From: Theionarchaea archaeon | GTDB lineage: Archaea; Methanobacteriota_B; Thermococci; Methanofastidiosales; SZ-28-30 | Assembly (NCBI GenBank): GCA_018992685.1 | Contig: JACVGT010000018.1 | Span: 192,001-256,000, forward strand | DNA: 64,000 nt | Direction of reading: 5' to 3' | Shown here: one piece after another, positions 1 to 9,964 of the stretch | Layout of the letters: each line of letters starts with the position of its first letter | Numbering within the stretch: the stretch's first letter is position 1 | The notes under the pieces: model-generated | What the model was told of the DNA's origin: nothing | Database searches by the model: none | The model's input: the letters and a program-made list of their open reading frames with translations, nothing else | Program-made: the position numbers and the translations under genes

Positions 1-790
1 GATGGGAAAAAACATAGGATTGCAATACCCTCTTTTCAGGGTAGGGCCAGATCTTCAGGGTTGCTTCTGTAATGATTCCGAGGGTCCCTTCTGCTCCCAG
101 CAGGAGCATGTCAATCCGGGGGCCTGTGGAGGATTTGGGAACTGGTTTTGACCTGATAATTGTCCCCTGAGGGAAAACGGCTTCCAAGGAAATGAGTATG
201 TCATCAATCTTGCCGTATTTAGTGGAGAATTGACCTGCCGCCCTGCAAGCAAGCCACCCACCTAGCGTGGAGCAGTACAATGACTGTGGTATGTGTCCCA
301 GAGTGTAGCCCTTCTGATTGAGGAAGCGTTCCAAATTCATGCCGTTGATCCCTGGTTGGACAGTTATAGTCAAATTAGTATCGTCAAGGGCTAGAACTGC
401 ATTCATTCTCTTCATGTCGACGATAATTCCTCCCTGAACAGGGATAGCTGCTCCTAGTACTCCTGATCCTTCCCCAAAAGGTGTAACAGCCAGGTTTTCT
501 TCATTAGCCATCCTCATGATGCGAGAAATGTGATCTGCTGTTTCCGGCCACACCACGAATTCGGGAAGGGCAGGGACTTTCCCCTCTAACATCCATCTCA
601 GTGCAATGGGCCAGTAGTCTCTAGAATAGGACAGCCGATCCAGCTCCCTGTGAGACACATTTCGCTTACCCACTATCTTCTGTAGGTTCACCAGGATCTG
701 TTCTTTCTGTTCAGCAGACAACGGTGTCTGTGGGTAGACTATTTCGTAGTCCGAGCCATGAGTGTGTCCTGTAGTATTTTCTGAAGACAT
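1..790 (-). CDS. FAD-binding oxidoreductase, alkyl-DHAP synthase-like (partial; runs off window start)
   Basis: Not in ORF track; manual translation from ATG 790 gives GEGSGVLG, GHIPQSLYCSTLGGWLACRAAGQFSTKYGKIDD, GAEGTLGIITEATL (VAO/PCMH FAD-binding motifs). Confidence 0.85.
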   Translation of the reverse strand, partial: MSSENTTGHTHGSDYEIVYPQTPLSAEQKEQILVNLQKIVGKRNVSHRELDRLSYSRDYWPIALRWMLEGKVPALPEFVVWPETADHISRIMRMANEENLAVTPFGEGSGVLGAAIPVQGGIIVDMKRMNAVLALDDTNLTITVQPGINGMNLERFLNQKGYTLGHIPQSLYCSTLGGWLACRAAGQFSTKYGKIDDILISLEAVFPQGTIIRSKPVPKSSTGPRIDMLLLGAEGTLGIITEATLKIWPYPEKRVLQSYVFSH

Positions 791-1125
791 GATATTCACT
801 TCCTCAGTACCCGTATCAATAAAAGGTATTTAAATTCTCCTGTAGATTTTTTCTTTGCCTGAGTACATCGTTTAATTACTTTCTCTATTCCTCGTTTTTC
901 TTCCATACTTGTGGTTCCTCAATAAGACTCCTGACACACCCTGAGGTTGTCCGGGATGGAATCCTTTCAGGTTCTGAGAATCGAAAGTCCCTTGTGCCGG
1001 GTCTGATAGAGAGCAGTGTGAACACGCATTCTGCACGGATTTCATCATTTCTCCTTAGCGCAGGCAGGGAAATCCTTATATGGATAAGACGCCCAAGAAT
1101 AAGAAATGTAAAAGAGGTGAGAACC

Positions 1126-2268
1126 ATGAGGAAATTCGCGATAGGAGTTCTTGTTGCATTTCTGCTGCTGTCGTTGTATTCTGTGTCTGCTCCAGCACCC
1201 GAGAGAGTGATCGTGGTCTTTAATACGGGGCCAGATGTGGGGCTGGTGAGTCAGTACGGACAGGTTCATCAAACCTTCCACTTGATTCCTGCTGTTGTGG
1301 CGACACTCCCTCAGCATGCAGTTGAAGCACTCTCCAAGAACCCCAACATCAAGTACATTCAGATAGATCACTACAGGCCATACGTGGGCCCACCAGCAGA
1401 GGTGAAAGCCAAACCGGAACCTCCTGCTGAAGAACTTCCCTGGGGTGTGGACAGAATCGATGCTGACCTGGCTTGGAGCACCAGTAAGGGAACAGGTGTC
1501 AAGGTAGCCATCGTGGATACCGGGATTGACATGGATCACCCGGACCTGGTTGCAAACATTAAAGGCGGATTCAATGCCATTGCACCTTCCAGAAAGTACA
1601 AAGATCCCAGTAATTTCGATGATGATCATGGTCATGGAAGCCACTGCGCAGGAATCGTGGCGGCCGTTGACAATGAGATTGGGGTCATCGGTGTGGCACC
1701 AGAGGCATGGTTATACGGTGTCAAAGTACTAGATTCATCTGGTTCGGGGTATGATTCAGACATCATTGAGGGAATTCAGTGGTGCGTGGACAATGACATC
1801 CAGGTGCTCTCCATGAGTTTCGGAGGATATGATGATGATCAGACCTTCCACGATGCCATTGATGCTGCCTGGAATGCAGGATTGCTCCTGGTAGCAGCAG
1901 CCGGAAATGAAGGATATGAAGAACCTGACCTGTATCCTGCTGGCTACTCTACAGTGATGGCAATTTCTGCCATGGACTCCAGTGACGCAATCGTCGAATG
2001 GAGCAACACGGGCTCAGAAATTGAACTGGCAGCACCAGGTGTTAGCATTTACTCAACCTACAAGAGAGGTGGATACACTACCATGTCGGGTACGTCCATG
2101 GCCTGCCCCCACGTTTCTGGTACGGCAGCTCTGGTGTGGGCTGTTCATCCCAGTTACACAAATGCCCAGGTCAGGCAGACCCTCTGGAATACAGCGGAAG
2201 ACCTAGGGGTTTCTGGATGGGATCCATACTACGGCTATGGGTTGGTAGATGCTCAAGCAGCAGTTTGA
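1126..2268 (+). CDS. Secreted subtilisin-family (S8) serine protease with signal peptide and I9 propeptide
   Basis: VDTGID, HGSHCAG, GTSMACPHV triad; SD GAGGTGA 1114-1120 favours ATG 1126 over 994. Confidence 0.95.
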   Translation: MRKFAIGVLVAFLLLSLYSVSAPAPERVIVVFNTGPDVGLVSQYGQVHQTFHLIPAVVATLPQHAVEALSKNPNIKYIQIDHYRPYVGPPAEVKAKPEPPAEELPWGVDRIDADLAWSTSKGTGVKVAIVDTGIDMDHPDLVANIKGGFNAIAPSRKYKDPSNFDDDHGHGSHCAGIVAAVDNEIGVIGVAPEAWLYGVKVLDSSGSGYDSDIIEGIQWCVDNDIQVLSMSFGGYDDDQTFHDAIDAAWNAGLLLVAAAGNEGYEEPDLYPAGYSTVMAISAMDSSDAIVEWSNTGSEIELAAPGVSIYSTYKRGGYTTMSGTSMACPHVSGTAALVWAVHPSYTNAQVRQTLWNTAEDLGVSGWDPYYGYGLVDAQAAV

Positions 2269-2269
2269 A

Positions 2270-2293
2270 TTTAATTCTTTTCTTTCTTTTCTT
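2270..2293 (+). terminator. Oligo-T archaeal terminator
   Basis: TTCTTTTCTTTCTTTTCTT directly after the protease stop. Confidence 0.6.
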
Positions 2294-2500
2294 GATTGCG
2301 AACTCTTTGGTGGAAGTCATCAAAGTTCTGAGGTAGGTGAATGTGTAGCTGGGGTTGATTCACCAGGCCACGGTATGGAAGAGTGGCTTCACGCATCACT
2401 TTCTCGCTCTGAATTATCACAGTCAACAGCAGAACTCAGTTCAAAAGAAAGAGGTTGACCAGGGAGTCTGGTGTCAACCTCGGTTCGGTTTCCAGCGAAC

Positions 2501-3247
2501 CTATACCAATCTCTTGTAGGCGTGCCTGTACAGAGAACATCCCACGAATATAAAAATGTCTCCAGAAAGCCACAGAAGATCCACAGGATGGCCACTCCAG
2601 TACAACTCTTCCCAGGTGAGATACGAGAATGCCAGATCAGCAAAAGAGAACAGTATGAATCCTACTGAAATCAGGATCCATGATCTGCCTAGGCGGCCTC
2701 CAAAGTACACAAAGCACAGAAGAAAGGCAGCATACAGCAACGCCATATCACCAATGGGATACGTCAAGTCTAGGAATTTTTCTGTTGTGGAGATTTCATC
2801 TGATATTGCGATGGAATACAGCAACGTCCAGATCATTATGACAGAGGCAATAAGAACAAGAGCCAGAATTCCCGTTTTTTTAGCGCTGCCAAGATCTATA
2901 TCCAGTCTCCTATACTCCAGGAAAAGAGCAGCAAAAAGCACAGGATATCCAGCAAGCCAGGAGACATCTGCCACAGAAGGGAAAGGTACTTCCTGTAGGG
3001 TTTCTTCTAGATACAGCCACAGGGTTTCGCCTCCCAGGTACAGAAGCAGTCCCAGAGCCAAAAGCATCCACACAGTACTTTCTCCTTCTCTTTCTCTCAA
3101 GCGAAGCCAGGTGAGGACTGAAGCAGCGAACCCCAGGAAGGCAGCTATCACTGCAAGAGCGTCAGTGAGCGTTGGAGCGGGGTACACAGCATAAATAACA
3201 ACCGCCGCTGCCATAAAGAGAGCAGCTATACCATATTCAATTTTCAT
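2501..3247 (-). CDS. Multi-pass membrane protein, stand-alone sensor-like module
   Basis: About 8 TM segments; PFPSVAD..WLAGYP and LDLTYPIGD motifs resemble membrane input domains of bacterial GGDEF/kinase proteins. Confidence 0.7.
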   Translation of the reverse strand: MKIEYGIAALFMAAAVVIYAVYPAPTLTDALAVIAAFLGFAASVLTWLRLREREGESTVWMLLALGLLLYLGGETLWLYLEETLQEVPFPSVADVSWLAGYPVLFAALFLEYRRLDIDLGSAKKTGILALVLIASVIMIWTLLYSIAISDEISTTEKFLDLTYPIGDMALLYAAFLLCFVYFGGRLGRSWILISVGFILFSFADLAFSYLTWEELYWSGHPVDLLWLSGDIFIFVGCSLYRHAYKRLV

Positions 3248-4140
3248 AGGATACCTCCAAATATTTCTTTCATGGGAGAGTTCATTTCTCCTAGCAGCCT
3301 CCGGTAGAGGCTGTGAGTTGCTTCTTCTCCCAGTTCTCTCTTGAAAAGGGTTAACTCACATTTCATAAGGGTCTTCAGGATCTTCTCCCGTTCCCAGGGG
3401 TCTCGAGGGAGCTCTTCAAGCCTAAATTCAAGGTGTCCCACTTCCACTCCTTTGACCTTCTTAACGCATGATGATAGTCTTTTCCACATCTTTTGAGTCA
3501 GCATCGTACCCTTGAGGTCTGTGTAAGCAGAAAGAAGACCCTGCGACAACATAACGAAAGCATCTGTCAAGGGTAATGAGGCAAGCGGGTAAACGCTGAT
3601 AGAGGCTTGCATTTGACTCATATCGTTGAAGATTCTCTCCAGTGCGCCTGCTCCTCTCACAAGGTTCCCTGATGAGAAATGGAGAGCTGTTCTCGGCCCA
3701 CCATCTTCCATAGTGATGTAGTAAGCCCCACTCTCAGTTTCCAGCTCTACGAAGCCACTGAACTTTTCTGCTTCTAGACTCTTGAGCAGTGTCCTGAAGT
3801 CAGTGAAGGATGAAGAAAGGTTGTGATGCAGAGGCGTACACAGGAGAAGACGGGCTATCATTTCAACAATCTCTGGGGGGAGCATCACTCCTCTCACCTC
3901 ACCGGAATGCAATTCCTTGAGAATGTCATCGGCATGGTGCAGGCCAGGACTCCCATCGTGCATGCTGAAGGACCTCAGTATTTCGCCCTTCTCGAAGAGG
4001 ATGACAGCCCGAGTGTCACCTGTATCAAATTCCAGAAATCCAGTGAACCTGTCCTGTTCAAGAGAGAGTAAGAGTTTGTCCACGTTGACCAACTCAATAT
4101 TGATGGGCTTATAACGTGTGGTACCTTCTGGCAAGAACAT
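3244..4140 (-). CDS. Protein with two DUF2226/PATAN(DUF4388)-like repeats and helical C-terminus
   Basis: Internal repeat LLLSLEQDRFTGFLEF / LLKSLEAEKFSGFVEL; 4-nt overlap with downstream gene. Confidence 0.7.
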   Translation of the reverse strand: MFLPEGTTRYKPINIELVNVDKLLLSLEQDRFTGFLEFDTGDTRAVILFEKGEILRSFSMHDGSPGLHHADDILKELHSGEVRGVMLPPEIVEMIARLLLCTPLHHNLSSSFTDFRTLLKSLEAEKFSGFVELETESGAYYITMEDGGPRTALHFSSGNLVRGAGALERIFNDMSQMQASISVYPLASLPLTDAFVMLSQGLLSAYTDLKGTMLTQKMWKRLSSCVKKVKGVEVGHLEFRLEELPRDPWEREKILKTLMKCELTLFKRELGEEATHSLYRRLLGEMNSPMKEIFGGIL

Positions 4141-4515
4141 TTATCCACCTTCTGTGGGGTTCTGCACCAAGAGGTAAGTGAGTTCATTCTCCTCGAGAAA
4201 TCGCTCCAGGCTCCTCCTGTCAATATCAGGCAAGGGAGATATGTACAGTTCCTCTTCATCATACAGGAGTTCCTGCCATTTCAACCACAACTCGACCTGG
4301 CGCTGAGAGAGCTGCGTGACTTGCGTGTTAAAGGGAAGAGGAAGCGGAGACATCGTGTCGAGAGCTGAGCGACCTGAAACATCCTTGTATGACACGAGCT
4401 TAACACTTCCCCCTATGAAGAGAATTTTCCCCTTCTCAAAAGTAAGTGCACCGGTGAAATTCTTACCCCTAAGGATTGTAGTCAATGCTTGCACTGTTAT
4501 GCGATTATTATGCAT
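4141..4515 (-). CDS. Small DUF2226/PATAN-like protein
   Basis: ILRGKNFTGALTFEKGKILFIGG matches the neighbour's repeat; TATA at about 4545-4551 supports ATG 4515; stop abuts next start. Confidence 0.6.
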   Translation of the reverse strand: MHNNRITVQALTTILRGKNFTGALTFEKGKILFIGGSVKLVSYKDVSGRSALDTMSPLPLPFNTQVTQLSQRQVELWLKWQELLYDEEELYISPLPDIDRRSLERFLEENELTYLLVQNPTEGG

Positions 4516-4726
4516 ACTATCCTTGTTATGTGACTTTGAAGAGAATATAAACGTTACTATGATTATAGTGTTCAAAATGGTGAATATCCCTTCTTCTTCT
4601 GGTGAGACTGATGCGGTGAAGTCAGAAAGAGGCTGCTCTGAAGGGTTCTTCGGTTGAAGGTGTGGTCGTGTGATCATATCGTGAAGCACTGCAAACCCTC
4701 TTATTGGGGAAAGATATCCGTGCACC

Positions 4727-5197
4727 ATGGAACCCACCATACGAATCGCTCAGAAGCAGGACCTTGATGTGATTACAGAGCTGAACAGTGAACTTGCAGA
4801 TTACCATAGAGCTCTGGATGCGTACTACCGATCAGGCCAGGAGACCCGCAACGTATTCAATGAGTATGTACGTGAAATACTGGGGAAGAACCATGTGAGA
4901 ATTGTGGTTGCAGACATGGGAGGGAGAGTCGTCGGGTATTGTATTGGCAAGATTGAACCTACCAAACCATTCATTTCTCCCGAAAGAATCGGGAAGATAT
5001 CTGATGCAATTGTCAAAAAGGCATACAGGAATTGTGGAATTGGAAGACACATGGTGTACTCACTTTTTGACTGGTTTGAAGAACATGGCATTTGCCAGAT
5101 AGAACTTTCAGTGGATTCTCGGAACGAAGATGGAGTGAAAGCCTGGGAAAGTCTTGGATTTTACGAATTCATGAAGAAGATGAGAATAGAACTCTAA
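4727..5197 (+). CDS. GNAT acetyltransferase
   Basis: VKKAYRNCGIG acetyl-CoA motif; N..G..AWESLGF. Confidence 0.9.
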   Translation: MEPTIRIAQKQDLDVITELNSELADYHRALDAYYRSGQETRNVFNEYVREILGKNHVRIVVADMGGRVVGYCIGKIEPTKPFISPERIGKISDAIVKKAYRNCGIGRHMVYSLFDWFEEHGICQIELSVDSRNEDGVKAWESLGFYEFMKKMRIEL

Positions 5198-5588
5198 TGC
5201 ATCTGTGGTACCTGGTTGAGTGATACGCTTCTTTCCTCACACCGGAATGACTATTCCGAATCCTGCAACCTAAGGCATCAAAATGAACTTCCTGACCAGT
5301 GCCATTGGATTTGAAGGCAGAGATACAGTGGGGAGGAGAAGGATGGTGCGCCCCCAGTGGACTCGAGCCCTTCACTATAGCTCTCAAAGCCTGGACACTC
5401 TTCATGAGCGTCTTGACTTCAATCGTGGTCTTTTTGCCGTAGGACAGCACGGGGGGGAACTTCTGGGCAGTTCACATGTTTCGCAGTAGACCAAAGGTTT
5501 ATAAGGCCTCGACGTGGTGTATTATCGGATAACATATGCGAGCCTTTTTCAAGAAGCTTAACTATGTTACTAACCAGGAGGACTAGCT

Positions 5589-5753
5589 ATGAGAAGTAGT
5601 AGACCTCGCGGTCGTAGAAACTACGGGCCACGAGAAATGCATAAGGCAGTTTGTAGTGAGTGCGGTCAGGAGTGTGAAGTTCCTTTCAAGCCCACAGATG
5701 GCCGGCCGGTATACTGCAAGGAATGCTATATGAAAAGGAAGAAGGGTTACTGA
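5589..5753 (+). CDS. CxxC-x17-CxxC zinc-ribbon small protein (54 aa)
   Basis: Missed by ORF track: MRSSRPRGRRNYGPREMHKAVCSECGQECEVPFKPTDGRPVYCKECYMKRKKGY; SD AGGAGG, TATA at about 5498, T-tract 5782-5811. Confidence 0.92.
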   Translation: MRSSRPRGRRNYGPREMHKAVCSECGQECEVPFKPTDGRPVYCKECYMKRKKGY

Positions 5754-5810
5754 TTCTTTGAAATATAGTGGAAGAATAGACTTTATTTTTTGTTCCTTTA
5801 TTATTTTTTT

Positions 5811-7382
5811 TCATTGATTGACCTTGAATATGATGATATCTTCATTCTGGTAGACTATGGTAAACCACTCGGTGAAAAACTTATCGGGGGGGATTTCCAA
5901 TCCCCATTTCTCTTTCTGGAGATACGTGCCGAAATAACCAGTTGCTTCCAGGTTTCTCGAGTAGAATACATGCGTGATTCTATACCGTCTGATAATCTGT
6001 AGAGCTTCTTCCACGTCTTCTGTCGTATATAAAGTGTAGATATCATCCTGAACCTGTCCCGGTGCCTGTATATACGGGTAGTCCACATTTCGTAAGGGGA
6101 ACAGGCCTCCCAGTAAAGCTTTCCCTCCACATACACCAGCAATCATCTGGGCTCTGTAATAGTCTGCTACAATCAATGCATCCTCTGAGGAATTCCCCCT
6201 GAACCATACAGCGGCATCATACTCGGGCCGTGTGATTCCAGCATTGATCAGATCAAATGTAATGTCATACATCCACAAATTGAGAGCAAGTAACAGGAGG
6301 ACCCCTGAGAATACCACCTTGGCAGAGATTCTCTGGGTCAGCTTCCACACCAGGACCCCGCCTGCAATACTCACCGGCTGAGCGAGAAAACAGTAAAACC
6401 TGAACCCTTCCAATGGTTTGGCCAGTGTTTCCCAGGAAAGTTCAACGTGCCCAATCAGCTGAAGAATTGTCTCGTTCTGAGTTTCCAGAAAGAGGGGGAG
6501 AATCCACAGTCCCAGCAGAGCAAAATACCTGTCACGTTTCACAGCCAGATACACCAGCCCAACAGCACCCAAGAGCGCAGGAACAGCACCGAATTCAAGA
6601 AAGTGCTTCAACGGCGTATAGTATCCCGATGAGGATGTGAGCCCTTTGATCCACCACCAGTACAAATCCCTTGGGTACCACCACCAGAATGCCACCATTT
6701 GTGAGAGTCCGACAAGAACAACAAAGGCAATCAAGGGCCTCCTGATACTGTTTTGGGTAGCAAAGTATACGAGAACCATGAACAGCACCAGGATAAGGAC
6801 GAAATAGGAAAGATGAAAGAGAAAGGCGACACCCAGCAGAGTCCCCATGATGACCAGAGAGGTATTCCCATACTCTCCTTTAGCATACTTGATGAACCAC
6901 AAAATATACAGTGGAATGAGGAATAGCACGAATGATTGAGGGTCAGCTATCCCTGTCCAGTAGATGAAGCTGGAAGTAGCTGCCAGAATGACGGTGGAAT
7001 AGATAGCAATGTGCTGGCGGTACAAATATCGAGCCAGAACATATATGGACAGAGGGGACAGAGCCTCGAAAAAGGGAATTACCCGAGTGACAACTTCCGG
7101 GATAGTGAGAGTGGTAACCTTGGAGAGAGCTGCGAGAACCGCAACAGAGAGTGGTGGATACCACATGGGCACAAACCCGTAAGGGAGATATCTGATATCT
7201 GGCTCTGGAAGCCGCCCATGATCAAAGATGTGCTGGGCCATGCAAATTCGGTACCATACATCACCCTGAAAGGCAGGTAAGTGAGGATCTACCGCCAGTT
7301 TGGGCCCCAGTCTGATGGCTACACTAAAGAGGTAGATGGAAATGAGAAAGTACACTTCCCAGCGCTTCAGGTTCCACGTCAT
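5811..7382 (-). CDS. Polytopic GT-C fold glycosyltransferase (PMT/STT3-like)
   Basis: GDVWY, WYPPL loop, about 12 TM, C-terminal soluble domain (AAVWFRGNS..ALIVADY); start uncertain (7382 lies just downstream of a TATA). Confidence 0.75.
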   Translation of the reverse strand: MTWNLKRWEVYFLISIYLFSVAIRLGPKLAVDPHLPAFQGDVWYRICMAQHIFDHGRLPEPDIRYLPYGFVPMWYPPLSVAVLAALSKVTTLTIPEVVTRVIPFFEALSPLSIYVLARYLYRQHIAIYSTVILAATSSFIYWTGIADPQSFVLFLIPLYILWFIKYAKGEYGNTSLVIMGTLLGVAFLFHLSYFVLILVLFMVLVYFATQNSIRRPLIAFVVLVGLSQMVAFWWWYPRDLYWWWIKGLTSSSGYYTPLKHFLEFGAVPALLGAVGLVYLAVKRDRYFALLGLWILPLFLETQNETILQLIGHVELSWETLAKPLEGFRFYCFLAQPVSIAGGVLVWKLTQRISAKVVFSGVLLLLALNLWMYDITFDLINAGITRPEYDAAVWFRGNSSEDALIVADYYRAQMIAGVCGGKALLGGLFPLRNVDYPYIQAPGQVQDDIYTLYTTEDVEEALQIIRRYRITHVFYSRNLEATGYFGTYLQKEKWGLEIPPDKFFTEWFTIVYQNEDIIIFKVNQ

Positions 7383-7711
7383 ATGTTTTCTATGCTTCCT
7401 GTTATTAAACATTGCTGTCCCGCTGAGTCCTCGTGGCTGGATATGACCCACGTATTAAGTCACTCCTGCAGTACCTGTCACTAATGAGACCCTCACACGT
7501 GAAGAGGATCAAGAATCTTGTAGAAAGGATACCCATACTCCTCAAAAAATGACGTCATCGGCTCTTATGTCCTTCCCTATTGATTGTGTCAGGAATTTCA
7601 AAGAAAGAACACATTCATACAAGAATTCAGTGAAGTGGATATGATTCTCCAAGCATTTCGCTTTCCGAAAACCATTTAATACCCCCATCCTCATACTACT
7701 GTGGTGATTAT

Positions 7712-9526
7712 ATGCACGGATGGAATGGAAAGATCCTGCGAGTGAACCTAAACGAAAAAACATCTGCGGTTCAGTCCTATGATAGAGATTTCGCTCTCAA
7801 CTATCTGGGAGGTCGAGGATTTGCCATCAAGATACTTTGGGATGAACTCCCTGCAGGCACTGATCCTCTCTCTCCCCGGAACAAGCTGATTTTTACAACA
7901 GGCCCTCTGACCGGGCTCCCTGTAGCCAGCAGCGGCAAGATTGTGGTGGCGGCCAAGAGCCCTCTGACCAATGGATACGGTGATGGTAACCTGGGGTCAC
8001 GAGCTGCAGTCACATTGAGAAAGGCAGGGTACGAAGTCCTCGTAGTGGAGGGAAAAGCAGATTCTCCAGTCTACATCCTGATTGAAGATGATTCTGTTGA
8101 AATAAAGGATGCAAAAGACCTGTGGGGAAGAGGAACGTTTGATGTAGAGGATGACCTTACCAGAACCCATGGGAAAAGTGCAGGGGTCTTGCTCATCGGC
8201 CAGGCAGGGGAGAATCTGGTGAAATTCGCTCCTGTCATGTCACAGAAGGGAAGAGCAGGCGGTCGTCCTGGAATGGGTGCAGTCATGGGTTCAAAGAACT
8301 TGAAAGCAGTGGTCATCAGAGGAACGAAAGATATCCCTCTTGCAGATCCTGAGAGCCTTAAAGAACTTGGAAGAGATGCATATAAAGACATCAGAGAGAA
8401 GGAAAGCTATGACTTCTGGATTCGGCAGGGCACCATGCAAGCTTTGGAATGGGCTAACGAGAGCAGCTGCCTCCCAAGCTACAACTTCAAGGAGGGAGTC
8501 TTTGATGAAGCAAAAGGCATTGATGGGTACAAAGTAGAGGAACTGAAGGTGGATAGACGGGGATGCCCCAACTGCAACATGCAGTGCGGTAATGTCATCA
8601 AGGACATAGAGGGTCAGGAGGCGGAACTGGACTACGAGAATGTCGGATTGCTGGGCTCCAACATCGGAATTGGAAAATTGAAAGAGGTTGCCCTCCTAAA
8701 CAGACTGGCAGATGACTGGGGAATTGACACTATATCTGCTGGAAACATCATCGGCTTTGTCATGGAGGCCTCAGAAAAGAACCTACTATCAGAGACCTAC
8801 AGGTGGGGTTCAGTAGATGATGCGCGCTCTCTCTTGGAAGCTATAGCATTCAGAAAAGGATTTGGAAAGACCCTGGCTGAGGGTGTGAAACATACCGCAG
8901 CCACTATTGGAAAGGGCAGTGAGAAATGGGCGATTCAGTGCAAGGGGCTTGAGTGTTCTGCATATGACTGTCATGCAGCACCTGGGATGGCTCTGGCCTT
9001 TGCCACCTCCAGTATTGGTGCTCACCACAAGGATGCATGGTTGATCTCCTGGGAGATAGCAACGGATCGGTCTGGATACAACAGGGAAAAAGTGGCAAAG
9101 CTCATCGAACTGCAACAGCTGAGAGGAGGAGTCTTTGAAGGGTTGGTGGCCTGCAGGCTGCCCTGGATTGAAGTTGGGTTTGCTCTTGATTGGTACCCCA
9201 AGTTCCTGAAGGCAGCTACTGGAGAGAATCTCTCCCTGGATCAGTTGAAAACCGCAGGTGATCGCATCTTTGCATTGATAAGATGCTTCTGGAAGCGGGA
9301 AAATCCGGATTTTGGGCGTTCCTGGGACATGCCGCCTGAACGGTGGTTTACTGAACCATTAACCAAGGGACCCATGAAAGGTACAAAAGTGGACCGCGAA
9401 GGGTATACAAGGATGCAGAACTGGTATTATGAGATAAGGGGATGGGACAGTAACGGAATTCCCACCAGGAAGACGCTGGAATCGCTGGGGTTGGCCTATG
9501 CGGCCGAGGCTTTGCACATTGCATGA
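7712..9526 (+). CDS. aor: Aldehyde:ferredoxin oxidoreductase (W-pterin family)
   Basis: KSPLT, GRAGGRPGMGAVMGSKNLKA, CPNCNMQC, DDWGIDTIS. Confidence 0.95.
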   Translation: MHGWNGKILRVNLNEKTSAVQSYDRDFALNYLGGRGFAIKILWDELPAGTDPLSPRNKLIFTTGPLTGLPVASSGKIVVAAKSPLTNGYGDGNLGSRAAVTLRKAGYEVLVVEGKADSPVYILIEDDSVEIKDAKDLWGRGTFDVEDDLTRTHGKSAGVLLIGQAGENLVKFAPVMSQKGRAGGRPGMGAVMGSKNLKAVVIRGTKDIPLADPESLKELGRDAYKDIREKESYDFWIRQGTMQALEWANESSCLPSYNFKEGVFDEAKGIDGYKVEELKVDRRGCPNCNMQCGNVIKDIEGQEAELDYENVGLLGSNIGIGKLKEVALLNRLADDWGIDTISAGNIIGFVMEASEKNLLSETYRWGSVDDARSLLEAIAFRKGFGKTLAEGVKHTAATIGKGSEKWAIQCKGLECSAYDCHAAPGMALAFATSSIGAHHKDAWLISWEIATDRSGYNREKVAKLIELQQLRGGVFEGLVACRLPWIEVGFALDWYPKFLKAATGENLSLDQLKTAGDRIFALIRCFWKRENPDFGRSWDMPPERWFTEPLTKGPMKGTKVDREGYTRMQNWYYEIRGWDSNGIPTRKTLESLGLAYAAEALHIA

Positions 9527-9738
9527 AAGTGAAATTTCTGGGCTGGATCTCCTCACTGGCAGGAAGAAGAGAAATGCAGGTTGATCTAGACAATCCTGTC
9601 AAGTTAGGAGAAATTCTACCCTTTTCTTTACAGGGGAGGAGTATTATAATCATTGTGAACAATGAACCTGGTTCAGGAGAGACCGTAGTAAAGAATTCAG
9701 ACCAGGTTACACTCATGCCTGTGATTTCTGGGGGGTAG
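9523..9738 (+). CDS. moaD: MoaD/ThiS sulfur carrier
   Basis: 71 aa ending PVISGG; ATGA overlap with aor. Confidence 0.85.
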   Translation: MKVKFLGWISSLAGRREMQVDLDNPVKLGEILPFSLQGRSIIIIVNNEPGSGETVVKNSDQVTLMPVISGG

Positions 9739-9964
9739 GGGTCTTTCATTGTGCAGGTGTATCAAAGTGAATGGTGAGGTACTGATGGGGATTTACATGT
9801 GAAGAGAATTGTCTGAATACTGAATTCTGTCTTTCAGAAAAGACAACCCCCTTGTGGCAGGGCAAAGAGCTTCTTTTGAACCCCATAATGCAAAACCCAT
9901 TATCCTAGTATACCCCTGGAGTCATAATGAAAATCTTTTTAAATGAGAAGTCTCCACCTCTGGC

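Noticed and set aside
5198-5489. 68-aa and 93-aa ORFs after the GNAT gene
   Set aside because: No SD, promoter or recognisable motif.
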